Shown one piece after another: positions 1 to 9,208 of a stretch of DNA of 63,949 nucleotides. Source of the DNA: an uncultured Prevotellaceae bacterium (lineage in GTDB: Bacteria; Bacteroidota; Bacteroidia; Bacteroidales; Bacteroidaceae). The position numbers and the translations under genes are program-made. Position 1 is the stretch's first letter, and each line of letters starts with the position of its first letter. Location: contig CAMHKU010000001.1 in assembly GCA_946185805.1 (NCBI GenBank), positions 1 to 63,949 on the forward strand. Reading direction: 5' to 3'. The notes under the pieces are model-generated. The model ran no database searches, was not told the DNA's origin, and worked only from the letters and a program-made list of their open reading frames with translations.

Positions 1-641
1 TCAACCGTCAGGTCATCATCCACTACCTGCGTCAGCTCGTAGAGGTAGACCGCCAACTGGCGCCCTTCACCATCCTCGGCCTGGAGCGCGACGCCCTGAT
101 GCCCCTCTACATCAAGACCTTAGGGCAGACCGTCACCATCGGCGGACGCATAGACCGCCTCGATATGATTGACACGCCGCAGGGCCGGCAGGTGCGCGTT
201 ATCGACTATAAGACCGGTGCCCACCGCCTGCGCCCGCTGAAGACCGTCGACGACATCTTCGACGACGCCCAGCTGCGCAACCATAATGACTACTATCTGC
301 AAACCTTCCTCTACGCCCGCATCGTCAGTAGCCGGTTCAATGTCCCCACTGGAAAAGATAATCTCGCGTCACCCGTCGCTCTTCACCCTTCGCCAACCCA
401 TATCCCCGTGGCGCCTGCCCTGCTGTTTATCCAGCATGCCGGCACCGACGACTACAACCCCATACTGAAGTTCGGCGCCGACTACATCAACGATGTAGTC
501 ACGCCCGACGGTGACCGCTTTATAGAGTTGCTCATGGCGAAGGTCAACGAGATGTTTGACTCTTCGCTGCCTTTCACCCCTACCGCCGACAGCGACCGCT
601 GCCGCACCTGTCCTTACCAGCAGCTGTGCGGTCTCCTTTAA
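1..641 (+). CDS. PD-(D/E)XK nuclease family protein (AddB/RexB-like C-terminus), 5'-truncated by window edge
   Basis: GRIDRLD...VRVIDYKTG nuclease motifs and C-terminal CxxCPYxxxC; frame stays open upstream of the listed ATG at 99. Confidence 0.8.
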   Translation, partial: NRQVIIHYLRQLVEVDRQLAPFTILGLERDALMPLYIKTLGQTVTIGGRIDRLDMIDTPQGRQVRVIDYKTGAHRLRPLKTVDDIFDDAQLRNHNDYYLQTFLYARIVSSRFNVPTGKDNLASPVALHPSPTHIPVAPALLFIQHAGTDDYNPILKFGADYINDVVTPDGDRFIELLMAKVNEMFDSSLPFTPTADSDRCRTCPYQQLCGLL

Positions 642-3067
642 AGTTCTACTGTTATTTTTGCGTTAATCTGGCGTCCCGTCAGGTAATTGGGCACCGCCCA
701 CTGCTGGTTGGTAACGTCGGTGACCCAGTAATAGCTGTTGACATTGCTGATTCCAAAGAGGTTCAGGCAGTCAACACCTATCCACACTTTGTGTACATTA
801 AAGCCAGAAATTGGTTTGCTGTAAGCGAGCCACGCCATGCCTACATCAGCACGCTTATAAGCCGGGGCGCGAAAGTTCTGCTGCTCAATTCCCTTATGCG
901 GTGCACCGAAGGGCAGACCGTCGGCATAGGCCAGTCGGAGAGTCATCTTCCAGCGCTCGGTGCCGGGGAAATAGTCTGTGAAATGCAGATTGATGGCATA
1001 GCGCTGGTCGGTTGGCAGAGGAAAGTAAGAGGTGTTTTGAGAGGCGGAAGATGAGAGGTTAGAGGCGAGCGACGAGTCGAACTTCTGCCCCGTCTTCATC
1101 AGTGAGAAAGTTATCCAGGAGTCGGTGCCGGGCACAAACTCGCCATAGAGTTTTAGGTCGAGGCCGGCAGTATAGCCCGAGCAGAGATTCTGGCCGTAGT
1201 AGGTCACTTTGACGTTCTGCACGTTGTAAGGCACAATGTTTGCCAGTGCCTTATAATAAGCTTCGGCGGTGAACCGGAAAGGTCGCTGAGCCATACGGAA
1301 GCGGTAGTCGAAGGCAGCAATGAACTGCAGTGAGCGCTGACTCTTGATGCGGTCGTTGAGGGTGACGACGGTGCGCCCGCTCTGGGTGGTGGTGTCGCGC
1401 AGCTCCTTGAAGAACGGCGCTTGGTAGTAGAGTCCTGTGGCCAGTCGCAGGGTGATATCGTGATTGAATGCCGGCACGATGGCCAGCGAGGCGCGCGGCG
1501 ACACCGTGGTCTCGCCGTTGAATGACCAGTGGCTGAATCTGACGCCGTAGTTCAGCGTGAAGAACGTCTCGCTCTCGGTGGCCCATCGGTAGGTGTCCTG
1601 TGCATAGCCTTCCACGCGGCGCGATGTTATGTTGCTCTTGGCGCTCAGGGTGTAGATTAGGTCCAGACGGTCGGCCCGGTGGGGGATGGAGTAGCCGCTG
1701 GAGTCGCGCATCTCATACTCGCGCGCCTGCTCCTTGATGCGTTCCCACTTTAGGGTGACGCCCGCCTCCAGGTCATGTTTCTTAAACCGTTTGCCGCCCA
1801 TGAGTTTCACGCTCTGCACGTCGGCCGTCAAGTAGTTGCGGGCGTGCTCCATATAAGTGCCCACGCCGAGACTTTCCGACGACTGCGAGTCGTCGAGCCA
1901 GTACTGGCCTTGTATGTCATAGGTTTCCTGCTCCTTGGTGTGAAATGCCGATGCCAGCAGCCGGATGTAGGCCGAGTCGGTGAGATGGCGCGTCAGCGAG
2001 ACAGTGCCGAAATAGGTGCGAAAAAGGTCTTTCTCTTGTCCGTCGAAGTAAACCTTAAACGATTTCACGTCCTCCATCGTGCCGAAGTTGGTCTCACGGT
2101 CGGTAGGTTTAAACTCATAGCGGTTTTCAGATATATTGCCGATGAAGTCAAGCGACCATCGCCGGCTGGGTTGCCAGCTGATGTAAGTCTGGTAGTCAAT
2201 GAAGTTGGGGCGGTATTCGCCCTTCGTCTCCAGCGAGCCCAGGAGGTAGCGCGTGGTTTTGTAGCGCAGGCCGTGGCTCATGGTGAATTTTGAGCGTTCA
2301 GAAGTTTTGGGGCCACTGGCATAGCCAAAGTAGGCGCTGCCGCCAAGCAGGGAGGCCGTCAGCGAGGCTTCGGTGCGCTGTGGCTTACGGTATGTAATAT
2401 CGAGTACCGACGACATCTTGTCGCCATAGCGGGCCTCGAAGCCGCCGCTGGAGAAACCTACCTTCTCTACCATGTCGGCATTGATAATGCTCAGTCCCTC
2501 CTGCTGGCCGCTGCGGATGAGCAGGGGGCGGTAGACCTCCACATTATTTATATACACCACGTTCTCGTCGAATGAGCCGCCGCGCACATTATATTGGCTC
2601 GACAGTTCGTTATGGGTAGATACGCCGGCCTGCTGCTGTATCATTTCCTCAATAGCGTTGCCCGTCACAGAGGGGCTCTGCTTGATGTCCTTGATGTCGA
2701 GCTGCTCGGTGCCAGTGGTTTGGCGCCGGCGCTCAGTAACGGTCACCTCCTGCAACTGATCCTGAGCGTGCATCACAATTTGTACCGTAAGGTTGCCGCT
2801 GGGACGAACAAAGGTACGCACGCGAGGGCGAAAACCTACCATCGAGAATCTTACATGCACAGAATCTGCTGATTGCAGCTTTATACTAAACTCTCCTTTG
2901 AGGTTGGTCATCGTCAGCTTACCCTGCTCGGCACACATGACCGAGGCAAGTTCCACGGCGTTACCATCCTCATCTACGACTTTGCCCTTGAGTGTAAAGT
3001 CAGCGCCAAAGGCCATGCTTACGGTGGCAGTAAGCAGATATATGGTTAGAAGTACTCTCTGTTTCAT
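638..3067 (-). CDS. TonB-dependent outer-membrane receptor with N-terminal carboxypeptidase-regulatory-like domain
   Basis: Signal peptide, GKVVDEDG N-domain, plug motifs YNVRGGSFDEN and GGFEARYGDKMSSVLDIT, beta-barrel-like C-terminus. Confidence 0.85.
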   Translation of the reverse strand: MKQRVLLTIYLLTATVSMAFGADFTLKGKVVDEDGNAVELASVMCAEQGKLTMTNLKGEFSIKLQSADSVHVRFSMVGFRPRVRTFVRPSGNLTVQIVMHAQDQLQEVTVTERRRQTTGTEQLDIKDIKQSPSVTGNAIEEMIQQQAGVSTHNELSSQYNVRGGSFDENVVYINNVEVYRPLLIRSGQQEGLSIINADMVEKVGFSSGGFEARYGDKMSSVLDITYRKPQRTEASLTASLLGGSAYFGYASGPKTSERSKFTMSHGLRYKTTRYLLGSLETKGEYRPNFIDYQTYISWQPSRRWSLDFIGNISENRYEFKPTDRETNFGTMEDVKSFKVYFDGQEKDLFRTYFGTVSLTRHLTDSAYIRLLASAFHTKEQETYDIQGQYWLDDSQSSESLGVGTYMEHARNYLTADVQSVKLMGGKRFKKHDLEAGVTLKWERIKEQAREYEMRDSSGYSIPHRADRLDLIYTLSAKSNITSRRVEGYAQDTYRWATESETFFTLNYGVRFSHWSFNGETTVSPRASLAIVPAFNHDITLRLATGLYYQAPFFKELRDTTTQSGRTVVTLNDRIKSQRSLQFIAAFDYRFRMAQRPFRFTAEAYYKALANIVPYNVQNVKVTYYGQNLCSGYTAGLDLKLYGEFVPGTDSWITFSLMKTGQKFDSSLASNLSSSASQNTSYFPLPTDQRYAINLHFTDYFPGTERWKMTLRLAYADGLPFGAPHKGIEQQNFRAPAYKRADVGMAWLAYSKPISGFNVHKVWIGVDCLNLFGISNVNSYYWVTDVTNQQWAVPNYLTGRQINAKITVEL

Positions 3068-3152
3068 CTTTATAATAACGCAAGCTTTGCTACTTTATTG
3101 TCTCAGGAATAGAATCCTTATACAAAGTTTAAAATTCTCATAGAGTTCATCA

Positions 3153-3281
3153 ATCCGCGGCCTCAACGACGGTATGTCCTAAAGCCGCAACGGCATCAAG
3201 GCCCAACTCATTCTGTGCTGCATGCGCGACGACGACAACCACAAGGAGAACATGGAGACCATCAACCTGGCCGACAAGTAA
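3153..3281 (+). pseudogene. Internal fragment resembling adenosine deaminase, with in-frame stop
   Basis: Reads IRGLNDGMS*SRNGIKAQLILCCMRDDDNHKENMETINLADK*; LILCCMR..N.ET segment recalls bacterial Add; no start codon. Confidence 0.5.
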
Positions 3282-3311
3282 CCTGCAGACCCCTGCTATT
3301 GAGGGGAGCTT

Positions 3312-3377
3312 CGCCTTGTCGTGAAGGATGCGCTTGATAGCCCAGTCGAAACGTACATATCTGCTTTTGTCTGTCAT
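3312..3377 (-). pseudogene. 5' remnant of Rpn family (PD-(D/E)XK putative transposase) gene
   Basis: MTDKSRYVRFDWAIKRILHDKA resembles the YIRFDWAxKRLLRxKA N-terminus of Bacteroidota Rpn proteins; similarity stops after 22 codons. Confidence 0.65.
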
Positions 3378-3382
3378 GGTGG

Positions 3383-3425
3383 CAAAGATACAAAAAATCC
3401 CGAACCTCCAAAGGATTCGGGATTT
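3383..3425 (-). promoter_or_regulatory. Hairpin terminator (downstream of uxaA) fused to Bacteroidota promoter
   Basis: Minus strand AAATCCCGAATCC-TTTG-GAGGTTCGGGATTTTTTG-TATCTTTG; -33 TTTG in the loop, -7 TAnnTTTG after the T-run. Confidence 0.6.
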
Positions 3426-3536
3426 ATTTTACGCTTCGCTGCAAATTTACACTTTCCTCATAGTGCTGGCGTTGCTCCGGGGTGGATCATAAGCATATTG
3501 TAATTCAGAACACTGCCAGCCTTAGTGTGTTGGCAC

Positions 3537-5033
3537 TTACAGCGTCACGCCATTCTTGAAGATGGAGATTTCGCGGTAGCCGTTCTCCTCGTTGCGGGCG
3601 GGCTTGCCGCTGGCCACGGCGAGCACTAGGTCGATGAACTCGGGCACGAGCTCCTGCATGGTGCGTCCCTCTACGAGCTGTCCGGCAGAGAAGTCTACCC
3701 AGTTAGGCTTGCGGGCGGCGAGTGTGGGGTTGGTGGCAATCTTCATCGTGGGCACAAAGGTGCCGAATGGCGTGCCACGGCCGGTGGTGAACAGCACCAG
3801 ATGGCAACCGCAGGAAGCCAGCGCCGTGGCGGCCACGAGATCGTTGCCGGGAGCCGAGAGCAGGTTCAGACCTGGGTTCTGCAGACGGTCGCCATACTCC
3901 ATGACACCGCTGACGGGCGCCTTGCCGCACTTCTGCGTGCAGCCCAGGGCCTTGTCTTCGAGGGTAGAGATGCCGCCGGCCTTGTTGCCCGGCGAAGGGT
4001 TCTCGCCTACGGGTTCGCCGTGGCTGAGGAAGTACTCCTTGAAGTTGTTGATCATCGACACCGTCTGCTGGAAGAGTTTCTCGTTGCGGCAGCGGTTCAT
4101 CAGGATGGTTTCGGCGCCAAACATCTCGGGCACCTCGGTGAGCACGCTGGTGCCGCCCTGAGCCACGAGCCAGTCGCTGAACTCGCCTACAAGGGGGTTG
4201 GCGGTGATGCCGCTGAAGCCGTCGCTGCCGCCGCACTTCAGACCCACGCGCAGCTTCGACACGCTGACGTCCTGGCGCTTGTCCTGACGGGCAATGGCGT
4301 AGAGTTCACGCAGAATGGCCATGCCGGCCTCCACCTCGTCGCCTTCCACCTTCTGCGTCACCAGCAGGCGTATGCGCTCCTTGTCGTAGTCGCCGAGCAT
4401 CTTCATGAAGTCATCGGGCTGGTTGTTCTCGCAGCCCAGGCTCAGCACCAGCACGGCGCCGGCATTGGGGTGGAGGCAGATGTCGCGCAGCACCTTTCGC
4501 GTGTTCTCATGGTCGCCGGAGAGCTGTGAGCAGCCGAAGTTGTGGTGCCAGGCGTGCACGCTGTCGATACCTTCAAGGCCTGTCTCCTGTGCCAGCTGGG
4601 CGGCCATCTTCTCGGCAATGCCGTTGACGCAGCCCACGGTGGGCACAATCCATATCTCATTACGCACGCCGACGTCGCCGTTCTTGCGTACATAGCCCTT
4701 AAAGGTTCGGTTTTCGTTAGGTATGTTAAGTTCCTCGTTCACTGGCTGGTATGTGTATTCCAGAGTGCCGCTGAGATTGGTCTTCAGGTTGTTCTCGTTC
4801 ACCCAGTCGCCAGCCTTCATCCCCTGGCGCGCATGGCCTATGGGGTAGCCATATTTAATAATGTTGTCGCCCTCATTGACGTCCTTGATGAGCACCTTGT
4901 GGCCGGCGGGCGTGTCCTGGTTGAGCACAATCTGCTGGCCATCCACCTCGATGACCTCGCCTTTTTTCTTCTCTACTAAGCAGACAACGACGGAGTCTGC
5001 GGGATTGATTTTAAGATAAGTTCTTAATTCCAT
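3537..5033 (-). CDS. uxaA: Altronate dehydratase
   Basis: N-terminal SAF domain (GHKVLIKD..IIKYGYPIG), GLKCGGSDGFSGITANP, ENPSPGNKAGG, FTTGRGTP. Confidence 0.93.
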   Translation of the reverse strand: MELRTYLKINPADSVVVCLVEKKKGEVIEVDGQQIVLNQDTPAGHKVLIKDVNEGDNIIKYGYPIGHARQGMKAGDWVNENNLKTNLSGTLEYTYQPVNEELNIPNENRTFKGYVRKNGDVGVRNEIWIVPTVGCVNGIAEKMAAQLAQETGLEGIDSVHAWHHNFGCSQLSGDHENTRKVLRDICLHPNAGAVLVLSLGCENNQPDDFMKMLGDYDKERIRLLVTQKVEGDEVEAGMAILRELYAIARQDKRQDVSVSKLRVGLKCGGSDGFSGITANPLVGEFSDWLVAQGGTSVLTEVPEMFGAETILMNRCRNEKLFQQTVSMINNFKEYFLSHGEPVGENPSPGNKAGGISTLEDKALGCTQKCGKAPVSGVMEYGDRLQNPGLNLLSAPGNDLVAATALASCGCHLVLFTTGRGTPFGTFVPTMKIATNPTLAARKPNWVDFSAGQLVEGRTMQELVPEFIDLVLAVASGKPARNEENGYREISIFKNGVTL

Positions 5034-5155
5034 AGTTTGTTTGGTATTTGTTTCAGTTTACAATCCAGTAATTTAACTTTCACTTTGGTACGCAGGTGTC
5101 TCACCTGCGGGGCGCCGCAACTAAGACCCCCAGCGTTCCAGCGGTGAACTGCGGT

Positions 5156-5197
5156 ATCACCCAACACCCATCACCCATCACCCAACATCCATCACCC
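5156..5197. repeat. TCACCCA-type heptamer tandem array containing the LacI stop codon
   Basis: atcacccaacacccatcacccatcacccaacatccatcaccc. Confidence 0.9.
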
Positions 5198-6262
5198 CTT
5201 AAACGTGCGCCGGTAGAACTCTACGTTCTCGCGAGTGAGCAGCTCGATGGGCATGTAGTTCACGGGGTTCACCTTTTTCTTCAGCACGATAGCCTCGAAG
5301 AGCGACTCTATGCACGAGTAGCCTTGACGGTAGGCATGCTGGGCTATGAGGAACGAGATGCTGCCCTCGCGCACGCACTCCTCGTTTTTGGGCACCATGT
5401 CGTAGCCCATGATTTGTATGTCGCGACGGTTGCTGTGGAGCAGGAACTCACCTACGAGATGAGCCTTGGAGTTGAAGGTGATGCAGTGGTGCACCTGCGG
5501 GTGGGCCTTGAAGAAGTCCTCGAGTATCTGGTCGTAGTTCTCCGGCTCCTCGTCCAGTGGCAGGTTCACCTCGGTAATCTTGATGTCGGGGAAGTGGTCG
5601 CGCATGTAGTGGCGGAATCCCGTCTCGCGGTTCTCCTGCTGCTTCGATGCCACGTTGCCGTTTCTCATTTGTTTCATGAGCATAATCTCTTTCTCCTTCG
5701 AGGCTATGAGCATGAGCATGCGCGCTGCGAAGTAGCCGCTCTGGAAGGAGTCCTGGCCATAGAACGACAGGGGCCTGAGGTCGGGCATGTAGGAGTCAAG
5801 CAGTATGAAGGGAATCTGTCGCTCGTGCAGCTGGTCGGTAAACTTGCGGGTGAGCTCCAGCGTCGAGGGCACCACGATGACGCCTGCCGGCTGTAGTTTC
5901 AGGCAGTCGGCGGTAGCTTTCTCGAAGGTCTTGGGGTCGAAGCGCTTATAATACATAAACTCCACCGAGATGCCGAAGTCGCGGCGGTGGTCGCAGGCAG
6001 CAACGGCGCCTTCCTCAATCTCCTGCCAGTAAGCCTCGGAGTCGTGCTTGGGCATTAAGCAATAGAAGGTGTAGGTCTTGTTATAGGCCAGCGCCGAGGC
6101 GTACATGTTGGGGCGGTAGTCCATCTCCTCAAGGGCCTTGTTGACCTTTTCCAGTGATTTCTTCGACACATTGGGGCGGTTGTGCAGCACGCGGTCTACG
6201 GTGCCTACGCTGACGCCGGCGCGCTCGGCTATATCTTTTATACGGATAATCTCTTTTGCCAT
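5192..6262 (-). CDS. LacI family transcriptional regulator (likely hexuronate regulator)
   Basis: IKDIAERAGVSVGTVDRVLHNRPNVS HTH plus periplasmic-binding-like domain; start set at MAKEII, downstream of promoter; adjacent to uxaA. Confidence 0.9.
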   Translation of the reverse strand: MAKEIIRIKDIAERAGVSVGTVDRVLHNRPNVSKKSLEKVNKALEEMDYRPNMYASALAYNKTYTFYCLMPKHDSEAYWQEIEEGAVAACDHRRDFGISVEFMYYKRFDPKTFEKATADCLKLQPAGVIVVPSTLELTRKFTDQLHERQIPFILLDSYMPDLRPLSFYGQDSFQSGYFAARMLMLIASKEKEIMLMKQMRNGNVASKQQENRETGFRHYMRDHFPDIKITEVNLPLDEEPENYDQILEDFFKAHPQVHHCITFNSKAHLVGEFLLHSNRRDIQIMGYDMVPKNEECVREGSISFLIAQHAYRQGYSCIESLFEAIVLKKKVNPVNYMPIELLTRENVEFYRRTFKG

Positions 6263-6279
6263 GACGGGTTTGTTATGAA

Positions 6280-6390
6280 TGCCTGCAAAGGTAAGGAATA
6301 TTTTTGATACCGCCAAATTTATAGCGCTGTTTTGCATCTGAGTCAAAAAACATTTGGAAGTTTCGGAAATAATCCTTACCTTTGCAGGCA
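6280..6390. promoter_or_regulatory. Divergent sigma-A promoters for LacI regulator and RluA
   Basis: TTTG-N20-TACCTTTG on both strands; the two -7 regions form an 18-bp perfect inverted repeat (6280-6297/6373-6390). Confidence 0.75.
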
Positions 6391-6392
6391 AC

Positions 6393-7289
6393 ATGAGAAT
6401 GAATACAGGAAATAATTCGCAGGGCGACTATAGTCACTACACTGTAGAGGAGTCAGCTCCGCTGTTGGAGTGGCTGCTCAGTCATGTGGCGCAGAGCCGC
6501 AGCAAGATTAAGTCTACGCTTCAGGGTCGCGGCGTGAAAGTCGATGGCAAGACGGTATCGCAGTTTGACTATCAGCTGCAGCCGGGCATGAAGGTGGCCG
6601 TGTCGAACACGAAGCGCAACCAGAAAGGTTTCAAGAGCCGCTATGTAAAGATTGTCTACGAAGACCGCTGGCTCATCGTCGTTGAGAAGGCCGTGGGCAT
6701 CCTCTCCATGGCTGCGGGTCATTCGTCGCTGAACGTGAAGTCGGTGCTGGACGACTACTTCAAGAAGAGCCGTCAGAAGTGTACGGCTCATGTCGTGCAC
6801 CGTCTGGATCGTGACACCAGCGGGCTGATGGTCTATGCCAAGGACATAGAGACGGAGCAGATATTGGAGCACAACTGGCACGACATCGTATACGACCGCC
6901 GCTATGTGGCCGTGGTCAGCGGCGAGATGGAGCAGGACGACGGCACCATTGCCAACTGGCTGAAAGACAATAAAGCCTATGTCACCTACAGCAGTCCTAC
7001 CGACAACGGCGGCAAGTATGCCGTCACCCACTTCCACGTGCTGGACCGCACTACGGAGCACTCCTTGGTGGAATACAAGCTGGAGACGGGCCGCAAGAAC
7101 CAGATTCGCGTACACTCCGCCGACATGGGGCATCCCGTCTGCGGCGACACAAAATATGGTAACGGCGATGACCCGCTGCACCGGCTCTGCCTGCACGCCT
7201 GGCTGCTCTGCTTTACCCATCCTGCCACGGGACAGCCCATGGAGTTTGAGACGCCCGTCCCCGTAGCTTTCCGTAAGCTGTTTAAGTAG
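6393..7289 (+). CDS. RluA family pseudouridine synthase
   Basis: VVHRLDRDTSGLMV catalytic motif, LETGRKNQIRVH, GHPVCGDTKYG, LCLHA. Confidence 0.93.
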   Translation: MRMNTGNNSQGDYSHYTVEESAPLLEWLLSHVAQSRSKIKSTLQGRGVKVDGKTVSQFDYQLQPGMKVAVSNTKRNQKGFKSRYVKIVYEDRWLIVVEKAVGILSMAAGHSSLNVKSVLDDYFKKSRQKCTAHVVHRLDRDTSGLMVYAKDIETEQILEHNWHDIVYDRRYVAVVSGEMEQDDGTIANWLKDNKAYVTYSSPTDNGGKYAVTHFHVLDRTTEHSLVEYKLETGRKNQIRVHSADMGHPVCGDTKYGNGDDPLHRLCLHAWLLCFTHPATGQPMEFETPVPVAFRKLFK

Positions 7290-7320
7290 GTTGAGGGGTT
7301 GAGGGGTTGAGAAATTGAAG

Positions 7321-7482
7321 ATGATTATGGAACAGAACATTGGCTATTATTTGTTTTTGCTGGCTGTCATCATTATTGGCTTTATTGTGATAAAGAAGGT
7401 GACGACATGCCTGCTGAAGTCGGCTGTATTCATAGTTATGTTGGCGGTGCTGGCCTACATTTATTATATGTATTACAGATGA
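7321..7482 (+). CDS. Small two-TM membrane protein (53 aa), absent from ORF track
   Basis: MIMEQNIGYYLFLLAVIIIGFIVIKKVTTCLLKSAVFIVMLAVLAYIYYMYYR; ATGA overlap with next gene at 7479-7482. Confidence 0.7.
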   Translation: MIMEQNIGYYLFLLAVIIIGFIVIKKVTTCLLKSAVFIVMLAVLAYIYYMYYR

Positions 7483-9200
7483 TCAGCGAATATCAAATCC
7501 GCGTGGTGCCTGAGGTGGCTGCCAACGAGCAGCGGCTTACGGCGTGGCTGGCCCAGGAAAAGGGGCTTGCTCAGGACGCATGCTGCGGTGTGCGCATACT
7601 AAAGCGCAGCATCGACGCCCGCCAGCGCACCATCTTTGTCAACCTGAAAGTGCGCGTCTACCTGAACGAGCAGCCGCAGGACGATGCCTACGAGCACACG
7701 GAATATCCCGACGTGAGCGACCGTCCGCAGGTCATCGTCGTAGGTGCCGGCCCAGGCGGCCTCTTTGCTGCCCTCAGGCTCATTGAGCTGGGCTTACGGC
7801 CCATCGTGCTGGAGCGTGGCAAGAACGTCCATGACCGAAAGCGTGACCTCGCCGACATCGCCCGCACGCAGCAGGTCGACGGCGAGAGCAACTACTGTTT
7901 CGGTGAGGGTGGGGCAGGGGCCTACAGCGACGGCAAGCTCTACACCCGCTCAAAGAAGCGGGGCAGCATAGAGAAGATTCTCAACGTGTTCTGTCAGCAT
8001 GGTGCCTCGACGGCCATCCTTGCCGACGCCCATCCGCATATAGGTACTGACCGTCTGCCGAAGGTGATTGAGAACATGCGCAACACGATATTGCGCTGCG
8101 GCGGCGAGGTGCACTTCCAGACGAAGATGACGAGGCTCATTACAAGAGGGAAGACGTCAGAGGTGAGAGGTGAGAGATTACCTGGTGGCGGAGACTGCGA
8201 GGTGATAGGCGTCGAGGCCATCACCCACCAACCATCACCCACCACCCAACACCAATTCTTTGGTCCAGTCATCTTGGCCACAGGTCACTCAGCACGAGAT
8301 GTCTACCGCTATCTGGCTGAAGCAAAGGTTGAATTCGAGGCCAAGGGCATTGCCGTCGGTGTGCGCCTGGAGCATCCCTCCCTGCTGATAGACCAGATAC
8401 AGTATCACTCGCGGCAGGGGCGCGGCAAATACCTGCCCGCAGCAGAGTATTCGTTTGTCACCCAGGTAGAGGGTCGCGGCGTTTACTCCTTCTGCATGTG
8501 TCCCGGCGGCTTCGTCATTCCCGCCGCTACAGGGCCTGAACAGATTGTGGTCAACGGCATGAGTCCCGCCAACCGCGGCACGGCATGGTCGAACAGCGGC
8601 ATGGTGGTGGAAGTAAGGCCCGAAGATTTACAATTGGACAATTCAACCAATTTACAATTTGACGATTTACAATTCGACAATTCTACCAACAGCCATCACC
8701 CATCACCCATCACCCATCAGCCATCACCCCTAAGCATGATGCATTTCCAGGAGACGCTGGAGCGGTTATGCTGGCAGCAGGGGAATATGCGGCAGACGGC
8801 ACCGGCACAGCGCATGGCCGACTTCGTGAACAACCGCCTGAGCTACGACCTGCCCAAGAGCTCGTATGCTCCGGGGCTGCTGTCGAGTCCGCTGCATTTC
8901 TGGCTGCCGCCGATGATTGGCCGCCGTCTGCAGGAAGGCTTCAAGGCTTTCGGCCGTCAGGCGCATGGATTCCTCACCAACGAGGCCGTGCTCATAGCTA
9001 TCGAGACGCGCACCAGCAGCCCCGTGCGCATACTCCGCGATAACGATACCCTGCAGCACATACGTCTGCGCGGCCTCTTCCCCTGCGGCGAGGGTGCCGG
9101 CTATGCCGGCGGCATCGTCTCGGCGGGTGTCGACGGCGAGCGCTGCGCCGAAATGTGCGCCGCCTACTGTGCTGCATTAAAGAATGAATCAAGTAAGTAA
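7479..9200 (+). CDS. NAD(P)/FAD-dependent oxidoreductase with in-frame repeat insertions
   Basis: VVGAGPGG FAD motif, FGEGGAGAYSDGKL, FCMCPGG, GEGAGYAGGIVSAG; start MISEY overlaps upstream stop. Confidence 0.88.
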   Translation: MISEYQIRVVPEVAANEQRLTAWLAQEKGLAQDACCGVRILKRSIDARQRTIFVNLKVRVYLNEQPQDDAYEHTEYPDVSDRPQVIVVGAGPGGLFAALRLIELGLRPIVLERGKNVHDRKRDLADIARTQQVDGESNYCFGEGGAGAYSDGKLYTRSKKRGSIEKILNVFCQHGASTAILADAHPHIGTDRLPKVIENMRNTILRCGGEVHFQTKMTRLITRGKTSEVRGERLPGGGDCEVIGVEAITHQPSPTTQHQFFGPVILATGHSARDVYRYLAEAKVEFEAKGIAVGVRLEHPSLLIDQIQYHSRQGRGKYLPAAEYSFVTQVEGRGVYSFCMCPGGFVIPAATGPEQIVVNGMSPANRGTAWSNSGMVVEVRPEDLQLDNSTNLQFDDLQFDNSTNSHHPSPITHQPSPLSMMHFQETLERLCWQQGNMRQTAPAQRMADFVNNRLSYDLPKSSYAPGLLSSPLHFWLPPMIGRRLQEGFKAFGRQAHGFLTNEAVLIAIETRTSSPVRILRDNDTLQHIRLRGLFPCGEGAGYAGGIVSAGVDGERCAEMCAAYCAALKNESSK

Positions 9201-9208
9201 AGAACGAT

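Noticed and set aside
3430-3536. Possible small RNA or promoter downstream of uxaA
   Set aside because: A TAAATTTG box and a weak hairpin are present, but there is no recognisable RNA family or other support
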